Of a stretch of 64,000 bases of DNA, positions 50,295 to 63,150 are shown one piece after another. A program made the translations under genes and the position numbers. How positions within the stretch are numbered: position 1 is the stretch's first letter; every line of letters starts with the position of its first letter. Source of the stretch: Felis catus (taxonomy: Eukaryota); contig NC_058382.1 of the NCBI RefSeq assembly GCF_018350175.1, positions 55,740,001 through 55,804,000 of the forward strand, written 5' to 3'. The notes beneath the pieces are model-generated. The model made no database searches and had not been told where the DNA came from. It saw nothing but the letters and a program-made list of their open reading frames with translations.

Positions 50295-51299
50295 AGCACT
50301 GAATCATTCTTATACCCCCACAAGCCTGCAGACCCACTGTGGAGAGCTCAAGAAATGGTGCTTTGGTTTTCAAATCTGCTACTGAACTGGCTGTCTTACT
50401 TTCTGTGTATCCTTAAGTACATGTGAGTACACTATATATATACTTAAGTATTCACATATAGTATTTTTTTTAAGCATGGGTACTTTTCAGTCACAGCCCA
50501 GTGAAGTTTTGGGTATCTTATGTCACTTAAGAATGAATGAGCCTACAAAATGGTGTCTTGTGGGCAAGTAATGAGGTTAGACGTCTTGAATTTTTGGTTA
50601 ATTCCATGGTTTAGGGTGATTTATTCAAGACAAAGAGACCCTTTGGCCAAATGTGAGTAAAGGGGATTCATGATAAGAAGGTAGGAGTATGAGACTAAAA
50701 GGAGAAAACTGGGTGTAAGTCCTGTCCATCCCTGCCTGTCTCTCTCCTTCCTCCTTTTCTCCCCTTCTCTCTGGGGGGAAATGTGGTCTCTTGGCTTTGC
50801 ACGTCTGCCCCAACCATCTGACTGTTCAGATTTTCACCTTGAGCTGGATCTTTCTGCTTTCTTGGTGCACATGGGTGCCCAAATGGCCACTCATCTTGCC
50901 CTCCCCTGACACCATTGTTCCTTGTTCTCATCCATTTTTGTCCTTCCCAGAAGTGCCACTCTCCACACCTACCTCGTGTATCTATGTGTTTGCTGCTGTG
51001 TTATTCATCTTCCCCACTGGACCTGCTCTTCCTAAGAGTTAGTGCTAGATCTGTTTGGTTACTCAGCCTCAGGGCCTCCTGTGGTGCCTGGCATGCAGCA
51101 GTTGCTAAATAACTATCTGCTAAGTGAATGGATGGATCAACAGCAGCCTGAGACCTATACCCTACATCATCCCGTGATTGTCTCTCATTCTTACCCAGTC
51201 AGCATTCCTGTCGCCTTTCCCCCCCTAAATCACCCTCCCACACACACACTGTACCCCATTTTCCTTTGGCTCCAGGCCCAGCTAATCAGCATATTCCAT

Positions 51300-51660
51300 C
51301 CACAATAACCAATAGGGTTGGGCTTGGGACCCACACTGATCCAGTGAGGTTTAACTCTAGCTTTTCCTGGAACTGTTAGGAAAAGGGTGGCTAAGTTGTA
51401 AGTCTGTGTTTCCAGGCTTCTGACATCTATTTTGCTGCTTAAGGATGAAGTTGACACAGAGGAAAGCATATGTAAAAGGTAGAGAGAAACCAAGTCCTGA
51501 TGAAATTGTTTGAGCCCATGGAACCAGCCTTACCTGAAGCGGTTGCCTCCGGACTTTTCTGTTGCATGAGCCAAAGCATTCCTCTGTCTTCTCCCCAGCT
51601 TTTTCTTTTTCATAAGCCCAGCAGATTGGAACCCAGGCTGTTCTAAATCCCAATGGTTTT
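51300..51660 (+). mobile_element. MaLR LTR (MLT1J/K-like)
   Basis: gagaaaccaagtcctgatg...ttgtttgagccc...ccagccttacctgaagc...ggacttttc...atgagccaa. Confidence 0.65.
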
Positions 51661-53659
51661 TGTCCTGAATTCACATGATGGCAAGGCAAGCATTCTCTAA
51701 GATAGGCAGCTGAGCCCAAAGATTCCTTGGGATGAGCTGGGGCCCGGCCCAAGTTTCTGAGAACCTTGTGGGACCTCTGCAAAGTGCCTGGTAGAGAGAA
51801 CTGCTGGGACAGGTTTTTATTTTGTTCAAATAATGTTACTAAGAAAAATTTTTTTAAATGTTTGAGCTCAGCTCATGTGACTTTCAGCCGGAGCAACCTA
51901 ACTGCAAATGCCTTCCAGGGAGGAGTTTACTCAGGGCCAACTGCGCTGGTCATGATGTATGCCAGTATTTTTGTGAGGCATCCACCCTGGTCCTGGCAGC
52001 TGTGGTCAGAAGGCCAGCCTCGCGTGACCTGTTCCGTGCTCAATGGGAAAATGGAAGAGTTTCCTTCCAGGAGGTGTGAGGGGGAGCACAAAGGGCAGAA
52101 GAAATGACAGGCTTTCCTCGTACACCTGGCAGCATCAGTTATGAGTCTGTGTTGAGGCTGAGCGGGAGGTGCAGGAAGGAGTGGTGACATCTACGGGCAC
52201 ATGTAAGGGATTTGGGTTGAGCTCTCAGGGAGATCCTGGAAGGGCCCTGTGGAGGTGTGGAGGCAGGAAAGTGGGAAACTGATGGCTGGGCCCCTCCAGC
52301 TTCCTGCAGGGTAAAACAGGTGGTACGTCTTCCCACAGCAGAGGACTCTGACATCTTTCCTTTGTCCTGTTTCTCTCTTGGTGTTTCCAAGTCTTTGGTG
52401 CATTCGACAGTTTCTTTTGTGGGACCCCTAACTTGGGCTCCATGCATGGGTAACCCAGCATCACTAACCCCTAACCGAAGCCCTGGTTTTCTCCTTCTGG
52501 ATTTCACTTACAGAGAAGATAAGTGTCCCTGCAGCACATTGCTGAAAATAGGGCCTCCCTTGGGGTGGCACCAAGCCCAAGGGTCTGAGAGCTTGGAGAG
52601 TGGGCCCTGTCTGCTAAGGGTCTGATAGGGAGCACTGCTTGGGAGGTGCGAGGTCGGGAGAGGTCTCTCACAGGTCATTGGAGCTTTTGTGTGAAAGATA
52701 GAAAGGACTCCTGTGCCAGGGGAGACTGAGACACATTGGAAGAGTGCAGAGCTGGGAGAGACCGCAGCCAACCAGAGGCCCCACTGCCCTTCCAGAGGAC
52801 AACAGAAGGAGGGAAATGTAAGCTTTGATGACTGGCATCCTGTTGGAAGCCAAGCCCTGCCCCTACCTGCTCACTGTACCACTGGGGCCCGTCCCCTAAT
52901 GTCTCTTTAACTCAGTTTCCTTCTCTGTAGGTAAAATTGGGGCGAGAAGATGTTTCTGGCAGGCCTTTTGTAATTATTAGATGAGAAAAAGCATGTAAAA
53001 TGTTATGTGGGGCCCCTGGCAGACAGGATGGGTTTCCCTGCTCTTTTTATTTCTTTCTCTGCTTTCTTTGCATTGGATGTTTGTACCTGGGCTCAGTGGT
53101 GCCCAGGAAGACCATCTTCTTTTTTTTTTTTTTTTTTTGTACTTGGTACAGTGCCTAACTAATGGCAAGTGCTTAGTATGTATTTGAGCTCCTTTTTTCC
53201 TGGGCTCAGTACATTTCTACTGAACATGTGTTTTCCACTGTGATCTCCATTAGGCACAGTTGATGCGTCAGGGACGAGGCAGATGTTGTACTCCTACCCT
53301 CAGGATTTGTGCAGTTTAGTCAATGCCAGGAGCTGCCCCTTGCTCGTTTCTGTCTTGGCTCATGCCCTCTTTCTCCTCCCAGCTTCACTATGACATAGGT
53401 GTTATTCTCCCTGCTTTACAGAAAAGCAGCTGTGACTCAGGGCAATGTGAGCACTTGGATGTCTGAGGGGAGAAGACAAAGGAGACCCTGGCGTGAGAGA
53501 GGACTCCGAGACCCTTATCTGTGAGCAGAATCTGGCGCCTCTCGTGTAGGCTAGGGCAGCCTTGAACTTCTCAGACTGAGGGGAGAGGATAGTATGGATC
53601 ACTGAGGTGACTGAGCTCTCTTTTCTGATTCTGGTGTGTTTGTGAGTAAGATGAAGACA

Positions 53660-53703
<44 letters not shown>

Positions 53704-53780
53704 AGAGAGAGAGAGAGAGAGAAATGGGCAGAGAGACACACACAGAGAGACACAAAGGGACAGAGGTGGACAGAGATAGA
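53660..53780. repeat. (CA)n-(GA)n compound microsatellite
   Basis: seen directly. Confidence 0.95.
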
Positions 53781-54209
53781 GCTACAGAGGGAGACAGGGT
53801 GTAGAGCTATGTCTGGTTCTGGTGGATCCCAGGGGAAGCACTTCCTAAGCTGCACATGGTTGTGGAAGCTGAGGCCTCTGCTCGCTAGAAGAAAAGCTAC
53901 GAACAACCATTAGGTCAGGAAGGCCCTCCAGGTCCCCACTGAGGGTGCCTGGGGTTCCCCAACAGAGGATGCTCAGCTGGGCTGGGGAGGGCCTGAGCCG
54001 CTGTCACCAGCCCAGCAGGTGGCAGTGCAGGGGGCTGCGTGGAAGCTGGGCTGGGTACTGCCAGTTGGACACTTAACCTGGTACCTGAGGGTCTGCGGGA
54101 CTTGGCATGAATGGCGTGTGTTGAGTAGCTGCTATCTAAGAGGCAACTTTGGGTGAATGATCTCGGCTTACCTCATTTCATCGAAAGGCAAAATCTAATA
54201 ACTGTTGCA

Positions 54210-54395
54210 GGCCCAGGCAGACAGATCTGGGTTTGTACCCTGACTGCTACTTAATAACTATGTGACTTTGGCTCCCTAAACCTCAGTTTCTTTATCTGAA
54301 GAATGAGGACAGTGGTTTGGCCATTAACTAAATGCAGTAGGGCCTGTGACGTGGTTAGCACAGTCAGGCCCAGGGCGTGCGCTGTGTAAGTGCTG
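54210..54395 (+). mobile_element. MIR
   Basis: atctgggtttg...tgtgactttgg...cctcagtttctttatctg...ttagcacagt. Confidence 0.75.
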
Positions 54396-54408
54396 GCCCT
54401 GCCCAAGC

Positions 54409-54770
54409 CCCCTGTCAGTGGGGACATCATGATCCCTCTACTGCGAGCGGGGGCATTGTTGTCCCCCCACCATGAGAGTGGGCATTGTTGTCCCTCCCCC
54501 CACCGTGAGGGGTGGCGTCATGATCCCCCGCATCATGAACGGGGGCATTGTTGTCCCCTCCACCATGAGGGGCAGCATTGTGATCCTGCCCACTGTGAGC
54601 GGGGGCATTGTGATCCCCCCCTCCATGAGTGAGGGCATTGTTGTCTCCCCCACCATAAGGGGCGGAATTGTGATCCCTGCACCATGATGGGGGGCATTGT
54701 GATTCCCCCCACCATGAGCAGGGACACTGTTGTCCCCCCCACCGTGAATGGGGGGGCATCATGATCCCCA
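54409..54770. repeat. GC-rich minisatellite, ~12 copies of a ~30-bp unit (ggggcattgtkrtccccccaccatgag)
   Basis: tandem units read directly; followed by MIR gtgaggaaacagaggctcagag. Confidence 0.92.
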
Positions 54771-55129
54771 CTGTCACTGGTGAGGAAACAGAGGCTCAGA
54801 GGGCTTTGATATTTACTACACTTCTGGGGAGGGGGTCTCACAGCTCCTGGGGGGATGACAGAATCTAGAGCCTTCTCATCTGACTCCAAAGCCCTCTCCA
54901 TGATGGATTATTGATTTTTCTTCTCTTTTAATAACACTGGTTTGTTGTACAGAGTTGCCTGAGAGTTTGCAAGTTAGGGAGTCCATGGCAGCTTGCTGTA
55001 GTGCTCTGGGGCACTGTCATTACCTTCTTGAGTTTTGGGGAATGTCTTTCACACTAACAGCATTGCCCCTCTCCCCACCAGGACCCTGGTGTCCTGGAAA
55101 GCACCACTGTCAGACATAGAGTGACATTT

Positions 55130-55385
55130 CTGTTTTATAAAAACATGTTTTAAAATTAGACTAACAAAGTATGCATGTGTTAAAAAAAAAACAAGCAGAA
55201 AAAGAGGGTACAAAGTCAAAACAGAGTGACTCTTCTAGTTCAGACTCTTGGGTTCCTCTTCTGGGGCAACCATGATTGTGGCCGTTTCCTCGTTTTAAAA
55301 TTTTCAAATTTCTCTACTCATTTGCACGTATTTGTGTGTTTGTGTGTGTCTACATATCCTTCATTAATAACAATGGATGCTTACT

Positions 55386-55420
<35 letters not shown>

Positions 55421-55920
55421 CCTGTGCCCTTTTGTGCCTCTCAAATAATTCTCTTGAGACTATTCTACCTCAACTCCATTACGTGTAGCTCATTCTTTCT
55501 TCATCTCATTAGGTGAATTAGGTCTAGTTTATTCTTTTTTCATGGTTCTTTCATGTTCCGCAATATGGACATACTGATTTATTTACTCTTTATTGTCGGA
55601 TCACCTCAGTTTTTGGTATTTTGCATTGAACATATTTAGACAAATGGCATTGAACGCATTTGAGAGCACATGTGTAGGATGAAATCCTGGAAGAGGAATC
55701 CTCATTGAAAGGTAGGTGTATTTATAGCTGTCTCAGATTTGCAAAGTGCCTGCCACAGATGTTGAACCTGCAGAGTGGGAAGACGCTCACTGTTACCGCC
55801 CCACAGTCACCTCTGTGTCTGAACAAACTTGGTGATATCCATTAATCAAACAGGTGACAAATGGAATCTCGTTGTTTTGATGTGCATTTCTTTAACATTG
55901 AGCGAGGTTGTGTTATGCTT
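55130..55920 (-). mobile_element. Old L1 (L1ME-like) fragment with internal (CA)n
   Basis: tagtttattcttttt...tatggacatac...tcctggaagaggaat...atggaatctcgttgttttgatgtgcatttcttt. Confidence 0.65.
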
Positions 55921-56149
55921 TTATTAAATGCCTTAGCTATTAACTGATAATTAAACCAGTACATTAATTGGCTATAATTGTGTCTGTATAATTTGTTGAA
56001 ACACTTTTGCTGAGTCCTAGCCCAAATAGACTAAAGGAGGTAGGATGTGGGATGAGTGATGGCTTTCTTATAACTTAATTCACCAGTTCAGTTAGAAAGG
56101 ATGAACTGGATTTCTTTCAAGGCAGGCTGTATATACCTTGCTTTTAGAG

Positions 56150-56375
56150 CAGGAGTTGGCAAACTTGTTTTTAAAGGGGACAGATAGTAATTATTTTAGG
56201 CATTGTGGGCCGGATGGTCTCTCCCAGAACTTCTCAACTTTGCTACTGAAGTGCAAAAACAGCCAGAGACAACATGTAAATAAATGGGTATGGCTGCGTC
56301 CCAATACAATTTTATTTAAAACAACAAAGTCTTTGGGCTGTATTTGGCCTGTGGGTTGTGGTTTTCAAAACCTCA
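56150..56375 (+). mobile_element. MER58A hAT MITE
   Basis: caggagttggcaaac...agatagtaattattttagg...aaacagccagagacaacatgtaaataaatggg...tttggcctgtggg. Confidence 0.88.
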
Positions 56376-57539
56376 TTCTACACTGTACACGAGTGAGTGT
56401 CTGGAGACAAGATTAGCACCTCAACTTGCAGGTTCCAGTGGCCTGGGTCTGATATACCCCAAACCCTTTGGTTACACGTGTTAATAGGCAATGTACCTGA
56501 AGAAACGGATAAATACAAGTCTGTGCAGGCACTTGGGCATTCCAGATACCAGGCCTTGGGACCACGTCACCCCGAGAGCAAATGAGGCTGGGAGTTTGAA
56601 GTTTTCCCACTTGCATGCATAATCTGTGGTCTTAATTCTCAATGTAACATCTCCTTACCCTGAATACACAGTACGTAATTGAATCTGCCACGCACTGGCC
56701 ACTCTTAGGGCATGGACAAGGCTAAAACTGTTGTTTATATAGTAAAAGAATAGTCCGGCTACTCCCGGGGATCACACAGAACTTCTCAGGAAGGGGACTC
56801 AGGGCCGAGGGAGGCAGTCCTGGTATTCTGAGGGTGAAGGCTGCAGAGGCTGTGTGGTGTAAGTGGGGGTTTGGAGGAGGCAGGAAGCAGAGGCAGGGGC
56901 TAAGCAGAGAGTGGGCGCCTGGGCAGGGGCCAAGTCGAGCCCAGGGGTCCCAGGAGAAACCAGACTTGAGGAGACTTTAAATGGGGACTTGGGTTAAATG
57001 TGTTGTGAGCACATATGATTTGAATGAGGTCTCTGATTCATTTGTCTGCTTTGTTGCCTGTGGACCCGTCCCACAGCAGTGCCTGGAACATTAGGGGGCT
57101 TAGTTCATGTTTGTTGGATTAATGAATGAAGGAATGAGTGAAGGTAATGAATACCACAAAAATGACTTTTTACACTCATTGTGACAATTTTACATTTACA
57201 TCAAGTCATGTGAACAGTACCTGTCATGTTAAAAGTGTACAAAGTATGATGGCTGTTAATGTTAGCAGCTGTGATTCACAGTGGATTTCGAAGGCCAGTA
57301 CAGATAATCATACTGATGGCCACAGCTGTTTGCTGATGAGGTATACTCTACAGGTTCTAGTTCTGAGCACTTTCAATGAATTCCTTCCTTTATTTTCTAC
57401 CATCCGTTAGGTAGCGCACAATGACTACCGCAGTGATTCCATTTTACAGATGAGAAAACGGAGTCACAGAGGTATTCATTAATTTATGTAAAACTTCCCA
57501 GCTAGATGTAAAGTGAAAACATACCTCTGGTATTTGGAG

Positions 57540-57730
57540 CAGTGGTTCTCAAACTCCAGGGAGCATCAGACTACCCTGGAGGGTGTGTTAAATCACACAT
57601 TGCTGGCTGGGCCCCACTCCTAGAGGTTTTATTCAGTTGGTCTGGGGAAAGGCCCAGGAATCTGCATTTCTAACAGATTCCCCTTTGATGCTGATATTGC
57701 TTTCCTCGGGCTATACTTTGATAAATGCTG
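57540..57730 (+). mobile_element. MER5A hAT MITE
   Basis: cagtggttctcaaact...gaatctgcatttctaaca...actttga; 8-bp TSD atttggag/attaagag. Confidence 0.9.
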
Positions 57731-58974
57731 ATTAAGAGCATTTTGTGACTGTTAAAAAAAAAATGGTGGTCCCAGGGAAGGCCTATTTACAATTTAGTTT
57801 ATTTCTGGCTCTTCTTGACCTGCCCCCCCCCCCCTTCCCGCCCAAGAACCTTTTCAGTCCCTTAGTGGTGCTGCTCTTTTTTCGTCACCCTTCCCCACCT
57901 CTAGGGCTCTGGCCAATTCAGCCAGTGTGGTCACAAACCGAACCCCAGGAGACAGACATGGGGTGGCTTGCAGAAGTGGTATGTCTTCTCTCTGGGAAGT
58001 ACTGAAGGGTTGAGTTCCAAGGTCCAGGCTCCATTTCAGACAGGATGTCCCCAAGTTTTACTGCAGGTGGCTGGAGTGTGCTTGGGCGCTGCCTGAAACA
58101 CAAGCACGAACAGCTCTTCTCTAGTTTTAGTGTCTTACCCCTCGCAAGTGCTAAATTACCCCATAAACAAAATACATCTGGTGTTTGACTCATGGAAAAT
58201 ATTTCTCTATGGTTGAAAAGAAGTGTGTGGACAGTCTGACTCCATTAATTTCCACTGGAGTGACTCTGAACCATCTGCTCAGGCTCTGCTGCAGGGGGGA
58301 GGCGAGGGGGCTGGGCCACGCGACAGTCAGTCTGGAAAGTGCAGCTTCGGCTCCACGGAGCTGTGGGTAGGTGCCCATGTCACTAGTGTCCCTCATAGGC
58401 TGGAGGAGGCTTCCCGATGCTGCTGTATGCACTCTGGACATGTGGCACGCTCTGGTCCTGGTAGAGATGGCCTGGACCCCAGTGCCTGCTTCTCCCTGAC
58501 TGGGGATCCACTGGGTGTGCCACCGTGGCCAGGATCTGTGATGTCTGCAAGGCCAAGTACAGCAGATACTTCCTGGTACTCCAAGCAGCTCTTCCAGTGT
58601 GTTCTGGGCTCTCCCTTCAAGGCCCACAGGAAGTGAGAGGGGATTCCTCTGGGGACTTCTGGGCCTTAGCTATTTGGAGACGACAAGATCTTGGTGGCAA
58701 AGAGGCCACCCTCCTATGCCACAGGGGCCACTAGGAGCAGGCAAGCCTATGAAGTGGCACAGATTTGGGTTCATACCTGATTTCCCCTCACCAACATCAT
58801 GTGCCTTTGCCAAGTTATTCTTAACCTCTCTGACTTTTGTCTCATCATCTTTAAAATAGACACTTTTTATAGCATAACCATAGCAAGGGTGATCAGTTGT
58901 GTATCAAGTCACTTGAACAGTGCCTGGCATGTAGAAGGTGCTGGAAGAATGATGGCTGTTAATATTATCAGTAT

Positions 58975-59545
58975 ATATTCTATGATGCCCCATGATGACT
59001 GCCCTCACTACCTGTCTTTCTCCACAATCCCATTGTGCATGCCTAGTATAATCACCTCTCCTTGAGTGAGGGCAGAATCACTAAACATGATGATGGCTTA
59101 TGACTTTGAGTTAATCCAGAAGGAGATTATCTAGGTGGGCCTGAATTAATTGGGCAAGTTCTTAAATGCGACTGGACCTTTCCTGAAGCCAGAGTGGCTG
59201 AAATGTGAGAGGGTCAACAGAGGGGGTCTCATGGCAAGGATCTGACAGCTACCTCTAGTTGTCAGGAGTGATCCACAGCCAATAGCCAGCAAGACATCAG
59301 GGAATCAGTTGTACATCCACAGGGAAATGAATTCTGCTCATAACCTGAGGGAGCTTGGATGCAATCTTTCCCCAGTCAAGCCATCAGACGAGAACGCAGC
59401 CTAGCTGACATCTTCTTTTCAGTTTTGTGGGACCCTGAGTGGAGGACCCAGTTAAAACATGTCCAGCTCCTGACCCACAGAAACTGTGAAGTAAGCAATA
59501 TGTTTTGTGTTAAACCACTTAATTTGTAGTAATAAAAATAATAAT
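58975..59545 (+). mobile_element. MaLR LTR (MLT1E-like)
   Basis: gactttgagttaatc...gagattatctaggtgggcctga...cccagtcaagcc...ctcctgacccacagaaactgtga. Confidence 0.85.
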
Positions 59546-59649
59546 AGAGAATGAGCCCAAAATAATAACATCTGCCTCAGAGAAAGATTATGAGAAATAA
59601 ATGCAATAATGTGTATAGAGCATGCAAGGCAGCTGAATGGTAGATACTT

Positions 59650-59855
59650 TTTAAAAAAATGTTTGTTTGTTTTTGAGAGAGAGATAAAGCACGAGTGGGG
59701 GAGGGGCAGAGAGAGAGGGAGACACAGAATCTGAAGCAGGCTTCAGGCTCTGGGCTGTCAGCACAGAGCCCATCTCGGGGCTTCAACTCATGAACCATGA
59801 CATCATGACCTGAGCAAAGTTGGACACTCAACCGACTGAGCCACCCAGGTGCCCC
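59650..59855 (-). mobile_element. Can-SINE
   Basis: gagacacagaatctgaagcagg...gactgagccacccaggtgcccc. Confidence 0.95.
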
Positions 59856-61756
59856 TGCGTGATAGGTACTTGATAGCAGTACCCCTGGGTTTCAGATCAT
59901 CTCTTCAGCGAAGAAGTGGTCCAGCTCTTCCTCCCCCATCAGGAGCATATTCTTACCTCAACCCCCCCAGCCTGTTAGCTGGGATCTTGCTGAGCTCCTG
60001 CTCATTCCCTTAGGTGTTGGCTCATGTCTTGCTGTGGCCTCAATGCCCACCACTGCCCATGGGGAGCCTGAGCGTTGACCACTGTCAGTGTCACCTGTTT
60101 CACCCTGTATTTTTGCTAGAAGCATTTTTTCCATCCATTCTTATAAGGCTGGCTCGTCTTTTAGTTGTCAGCTCAGATGTCACCACCTCTTAAAAGCTTT
60201 TTCTGACCATTTAGTTGGGCTCTTCTTCCTCCCTCACCATTCTTGTAGTCCTTGTTCATTTGCTTCACAGCACTTTCTCAATTCTTATGTTGGTTTTGTT
60301 CACTGCTGATCTTGGTGTCAGGGGCTCAGTCCACACATATGTGCAATGTGCCTGTATGCATGTGTGAGGAGCACCACCGCACCCGGCCCATACTGACCTC
60401 CCACCCTCGTCACATTGCCTGAGGCCCTTGTCCTCACCCCTCTGGGCACACCAGTTGATTCTCAAGAAACTTCGTGTGGGATTGCCCTGTGTCCAGGCAG
60501 CTGGCTTTCTTCATCTCAGTTCTTCTCCAAGCCTTCTTTGTGTAGCTGAGTCCTGTTCCCCAGCCTTCCACCACTCCTCTGTTGTAGTCTAAATACAGCC
60601 AGGTACTTACATACATTTCAGGGGGACACAAGTCTAGGACCCTGGGTGATGGAAAGCAACAAATGAGGCTCTGCTATGATACAGATAAGCTATTCAAAGC
60701 TAAGCTCTACTGTTGACATCAGCAATAGGATATTTCCCTGAGCCTCAGTTTCCTCACCTATAAAATGGGACATTTATATCCCCATGAAAGAGTGGTTGTG
60801 AGAGGGATGTGAGATATGGATAGAGCATATGTAGCTCAGGCCTGGAACTTGGAAGATGTTTCAACATATTAGCATTCTCCCCAGCTACCCCTTTCCAGCT
60901 CTAAAAGTAGAAATCTTCTACAGCAAGAAAAGACCAAGTGCAGCGCAGAGTGAGTGACAGGTGAAGAAAGACAACTGATGGTGGGACCAGGATGTGGAGA
61001 CTTGGGTCAATGTCCTGGGAGTCCCAGGCGGTGGGACAGGTCTGGTCCACACTCTGCTTTGCACTTCCTCAGGCAGGATTCTCCTTCCTGCGGAGCACAT
61101 TATCACCCAATGGGACCATTTCCGTATTCATCCAAAGCTCCTGATTAGAGGCTCATGAATATTCAAATTCTTGTCTCCCCTTATTTGCCTGACTATTAGC
61201 ATTCTGTCTCTAGGCTTATTTTGCGGTTTTTCTCTCTTGCACATTTGTTCAGTGATTCACGCTTCATCGTCCGATGTGACCGGTTTCAAGACAATCCCAA
61301 CTATTGCCAGTTCTCGGAAAGGCTGGGTCTCCTCCCTGCCCTGGCTGCCAGCTTTCCCTTGCTCTTTCCGCTCCCAAAGATGGGTGGGTGGTAGAACAGC
61401 CTGCAGAGTGCCACTTTGGGAACTTGCTTCTGCATTTTTAAAATTCATATTGATAACAATAATTCAGTATGTGTGTCTGTCACTTCAGATTTTACAAAGA
61501 GATTTCATATCATTCTGTTTTACAGTCTGGCTTTCTGCAAATGCAAAATGCTGACATTCTTTTCTGTATGGGGCCATGTCTCTTTTCCTTCTGAATATTT
61601 AACAACAAGATTTGAACAAAACAGAATCTGTGTTAAAGCCCAGCTGTACAATGATTTTTCACAATGGCACAATGTAGAAGAGGATTTGTCCTACTCTCTC
61701 CCTGTGTTGGTTGGGGCTTTGTTTGAAGTTTGTTCGTCTCTGTGGGAGATACAGAA

Positions 61757-62225
61757 TGTATTAGTTTCCTATGGCTGCTGTAACAAATTACCACAGACTT
61801 GGTGGCTTAGAAAAACACAAATTTACCCTCTTACTGTTCCGGAAGTCAGAGGTCTAAAATGGGTCAGCAGGACCGTGTTCCTTCTGGAGATTCTAAGGTA
61901 AAATCTGTTTCCTTTTCAGCTTCTAAAAGTGACCTGCATTCCTTGGCTCACAGCCCCTTTCTCCATCTTCAAAGCCAGCATCTTCAAATCTTCATCTCCC
62001 TGTCTGACTTCAGCTTCTATTGTCTCATTTTCTCTGACTCTGACTCTCTCTCTTATGACGATCTTGTAATGACACTGGGTGCATCCAAATAATCCCAGAT
62101 AATCTCCCTATTTTAAGATGCTTAGTTTAATCATATCTTCACAGTCCCCTTTGCCATGTAAGATAACATGATCACAGGAGGTTAGGACCTGAATACCTTT
62201 GGGTAGCTGTTGTACCTGCCTCACT
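61757..62225 (-). mobile_element. MaLR LTR (MLT1C-like)
   Basis: tgtattagtttcctatggctgctgtaacaaattaccaca...gcattccttggctc...gtcccctttgccatgtaag. Confidence 0.9.
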
Positions 62226-62549
62226 ATCTTTCTGAGTTGGTCCCAAAACCCGGATTGCTCGAGACCAACACCTCCTTGCTTGTCAAGCAAGTGTGGACTA
62301 CTCCTAACAGCTGCCATGAATTTCTTGGCTGCAGGATCAGTGTTTCCATTGGATACACAGAAGGCTTGTGGTGGTGAGTTTGGCAAGCGCAACTTCCTAG
62401 CCAGATAGATATCTGTGTGCCCAAAGCATCTTCCTTAAATACAATACCAATTTGATCTATACAATCACCTCTGAACTAAGAGTTATCACCTCCAGTTAAA
62501 GCTAAGGTGAAGAGAAGTTAAATAATGTGCTGCCCATCTCTTACACAAT

Positions 62550-63150
62550 ATGGTGCATGGGTGCTGGTGCCAGATGGGCCTGGATTCAAATCCAGGTCTG
62601 ATTTTGTTACTTTGTGCATGTTCTCTCACCTCTCCGAGCCTCAGTTTATTCATCTGTAAGTATGTATTGTGTAGTTGTGAGTATTAAGTGAGCTAAGGCT
62701 TATAAAATGCTTACTATAGAATCTGGATCAATGGCTGTTAGCTGTTTCCTGTAATTATTGTTACCATTAGGGTTATCACTATTTCTGAGAAATGCATTTC
62801 TGTGCTTGCTGAACGTTGTTGTAATAAAACTATTGAAGTTGCTGTTATTATTGCTATAGACTAGGGGCATGCACAGAGATGATTCCCTAAGATTTCTAAC
62901 CCCTAAATTTCCCTAAAACTTGGAAGGTCTAATTGAGCATATCCTATACACCACAGCACAGGCAGAGTGCCTTGGGCACGTGATCTCATTTGATCCCCAA
63001 ACCAAAGGCAGGAGTTACATACAACCACTGCCTTTATTTTACATATGCAGAAAATGAGGCTGGGGGAAGTGAAATGATTTGTCCAGCATAATACTGATGC
63101 TCATGGATAAAATTAGAACGCCCTGGGTCTGCCAGAGCCTCGACTCCTAA
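62550..63150. mobile_element. Two MIRs (+ at ~62550-62770, - at ~62930-63150)
   Basis: gagcctcagtttattcatctgtaa; ttttacatatgcagaaaatgaggct. Confidence 0.75.

Noticed and set aside
52202..52512. Possible solo LTR with TGTAA...TTACA ends
   Set aside because: There is no matching TSD and no clear poly(A) signal, so I cannot support it.
54390..54901. His/Cys/Pro-rich or Gly-rich repeat proteins; CRISPR-like array
   Set aside because: These are translations of a 30-bp minisatellite in several frames. There are no unique spacers, no cas genes, and the DNA is mammalian.
57243..57314. tRNA-like or C/D snoRNA-like fold (8-bp outer stem agtatgat/atcatact, inner hairpins, ttcgaa)
   Set aside because: The arm lengths and loops do not fit a cloverleaf, the C box is imperfect and overlaps the stem, and the 5' half is a MIR tail.
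58190..58734. Overlapping 137-145 aa ORFs in GC-rich unique DNA
   Set aside because: No recognisable domain or splice structure; lengths are compatible with chance at this GC content.
2427..59855. SINE strand bias (10 of 13 on minus) as evidence of a host intron
   Set aside because: The two-sided binomial p is about 0.09 and L1/LTR orientations are mixed, so it is not significant.
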